From positions 11,346,001-11,410,000 of the forward strand of contig OZ281498.1 of NCBI GenBank assembly GCA_965637545.1: DNA of 64,000 nucleotides, written 5' to 3'. The notes beneath the pieces were generated by a model that saw nothing but the letters and a program-made list of their open reading frames with translations, was not told the origin of the DNA and ran no database searches. The DNA is from Phallusia mammillata (taxonomy: Eukaryota). Shown here in pieces: positions 62,501-64,000 of this stretch (its first letter is position 1; the number at the start of each line of letters is the position of its first letter). The position numbers were made by a program, and so were the translations under genes.

Positions 62501-63016
62501 TTAAAACATAAACAGACAAACAGTGATGAGTAAAGTGTTGGTGTAAAGCCTTCATCGATTAAGTGCTGGTAAAACTTGTATGTTACAGGTATTAGTGTGA
62601 TTTTTACATTTTAATGTCAACCTAGTTTTGAGAAACTAGAAAAATTTAATCACATTTTATTTTGCAAGGCGTTACATATATGCTAATAACCATAATATAC
62701 CAGTATGCTAATAATGAATAATAGTATACTTAGTTTTTATGTGTGTCCTATCGAAGCACTTCATTACCAATTTACATTACAAAAATGGAATACACTTACC
62801 ACTGGGTCCCATTACAGCCATAACTTTGCCAGGGTGAGCAGTCCCACTGACATCTTCAAGAATTTGTTTGTCCTTGATTTTGAAACTGAGATTTTCGAAT
62901 CTGAGTTCCAAGCCTGGTTGGACTTGCCTGTCTGCATGTCCAAAATCGGTTCTAGTTGCTTTTACATGAGATAAATCTCCATCATTTTTGCTCCCTAATA
63001 ACGCCTCTTCTGTCAT
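53538..63016 (-). CDS. ABCG-family half transporter (NBD then TMD)
   Basis: About 13 exons; Walker [23 protein letters not shown], signature LSGGEKKR, Walker [54 protein letters not shown]; stop at 53538-53540. Confidence 0.92.
57690..58182 (+). mobile_element. Helentron/HINE (DINE-1-like) non-autonomous element 3' part
   Basis: ~158-bp tandem core repeat (57781 and 57939), A-rich AAGAAAA microsatellite (~58050-58134), terminal stem-loop GTCCCCTTC-AGG-GAAGGGGAC; 5' boundary uncertain. Confidence 0.6.
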
Positions 63017-64000
63017 TGTGCGATTTTGAACTTTCCTGTATCAATAACAAAATTTGTGAAATTTTTAACGTAGTTCAATAAACAAAAACAGAACAGTGAG
63101 TGAGTGATGCGCAGATGGCATGCGAGATAACGGTAAAACGATAATCAGCTTTGTCTGTAATCGCAAAACCAGACCCAGTCAGCTGATCGATTACAAGTTA
63201 CAAACTTACAACACAGCAAAATCGCAGGAAACGAGACACAACACAGCAGGTGGAAATAATCCATTTGGCATACCGATTCCCGACCTACTTGTTTTGCGAA
63301 GAGCTCGCTTGCCAAACGATATATTGCACGAAATACTGAAAGTCTAAACACCTCTTTCTATCAAATACTGCATGACGGGAAATCCCGTGTTCCAGACTTC
63401 AAGTACCATTCGTTGTCGAAAAATGTTGCGCAAGAAGTCGCAATCGATAAAGCGTGACTAGCAGTAAAAACGTGCGAAACCGGAACAAAAAAGTGCCATG
63501 TTTTTTTTACGAAACCCTTTGCAACGACCTACATTGGAGGTTTGTGCGATTAATTCTTTTGAATTTGATCAATATCATGAAACGCCGCCTTAAAGTACCA
63601 CGTTAAAGTGATAATTAGCCTAATTTAAAATGTAGTTTTGGTTTGCTCTTCTTTTTCAAAGCTCGCCCACGGAACACAGCCTAGGCCTGCGTGGTATTTG
63701 GAAACAGGCAACAAAGGCATTTTATGGTAGGCCCTCCATGAGACGATGCAATTTTTTAAAATCAATATGTTTCATGTACTATTTATGCAACCGAAAGCAA
63801 ATATTTGAACCGAAACGAAAAAGTCGTTTTTTGGCAACACCAGGCCGAGCCTAAAGTAATCTCATTCAAGTCACTCCAAAAACAGTGCCTTTAACAGATT
63901 ACTTGCAACGGAACACAACCTGGGGTTCACGGTCCTTGGGTTATAACCATTGCAAACGCTTATGCTCCGTTGCGCCACTTATCGGAAATTATCAGGCCTG

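Overview
AT-rich, intron-containing animal genomic DNA. Many 50-70 bp GT-AG introns, dense genes and abundant hAT-type MITEs suggest an invertebrate chordate, most likely an ascidian/tunicate (inference). I reconstructed ten protein-coding genes by hand: a J-domain protein with a CaaX box (+), VPS37 (-), Sesquipedalian/PHETA (+), LDAH (+), a CPT1-like carnitine acyltransferase (-), MRS2 (-), two tail-to-tail tetraspanins (+/-), a Kv2/Shab channel (+) and a half-size ABCG transporter (-). The most unusual signals are non-coding. (1) Three small unrelated insertions share one architecture: inverted repeat, unique 3' tail and 11-15 bp target-site duplication (TSD). Two carry minimal hammerhead ribozymes, one on both strands of a perfect 110-bp palindrome, as in Penelope-like pseudo-LTRs. 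(2) A TSD-flanked element with terminal direct repeats carries an internal, atypical tRNA cloverleaf. (3) Two 28-34 bp CATAGA-ended inverted repeats with 7-bp TSDs look like P-element excision footprints. Protein-level oddities include a CPT1-like enzyme predicted to be malonyl-CoA-insensitive, an MRS2 with an extra C-terminal exon, and a candidate PHETA-LDAH operon junction. Exon coordinates were read by eye and may be off by a few bases.
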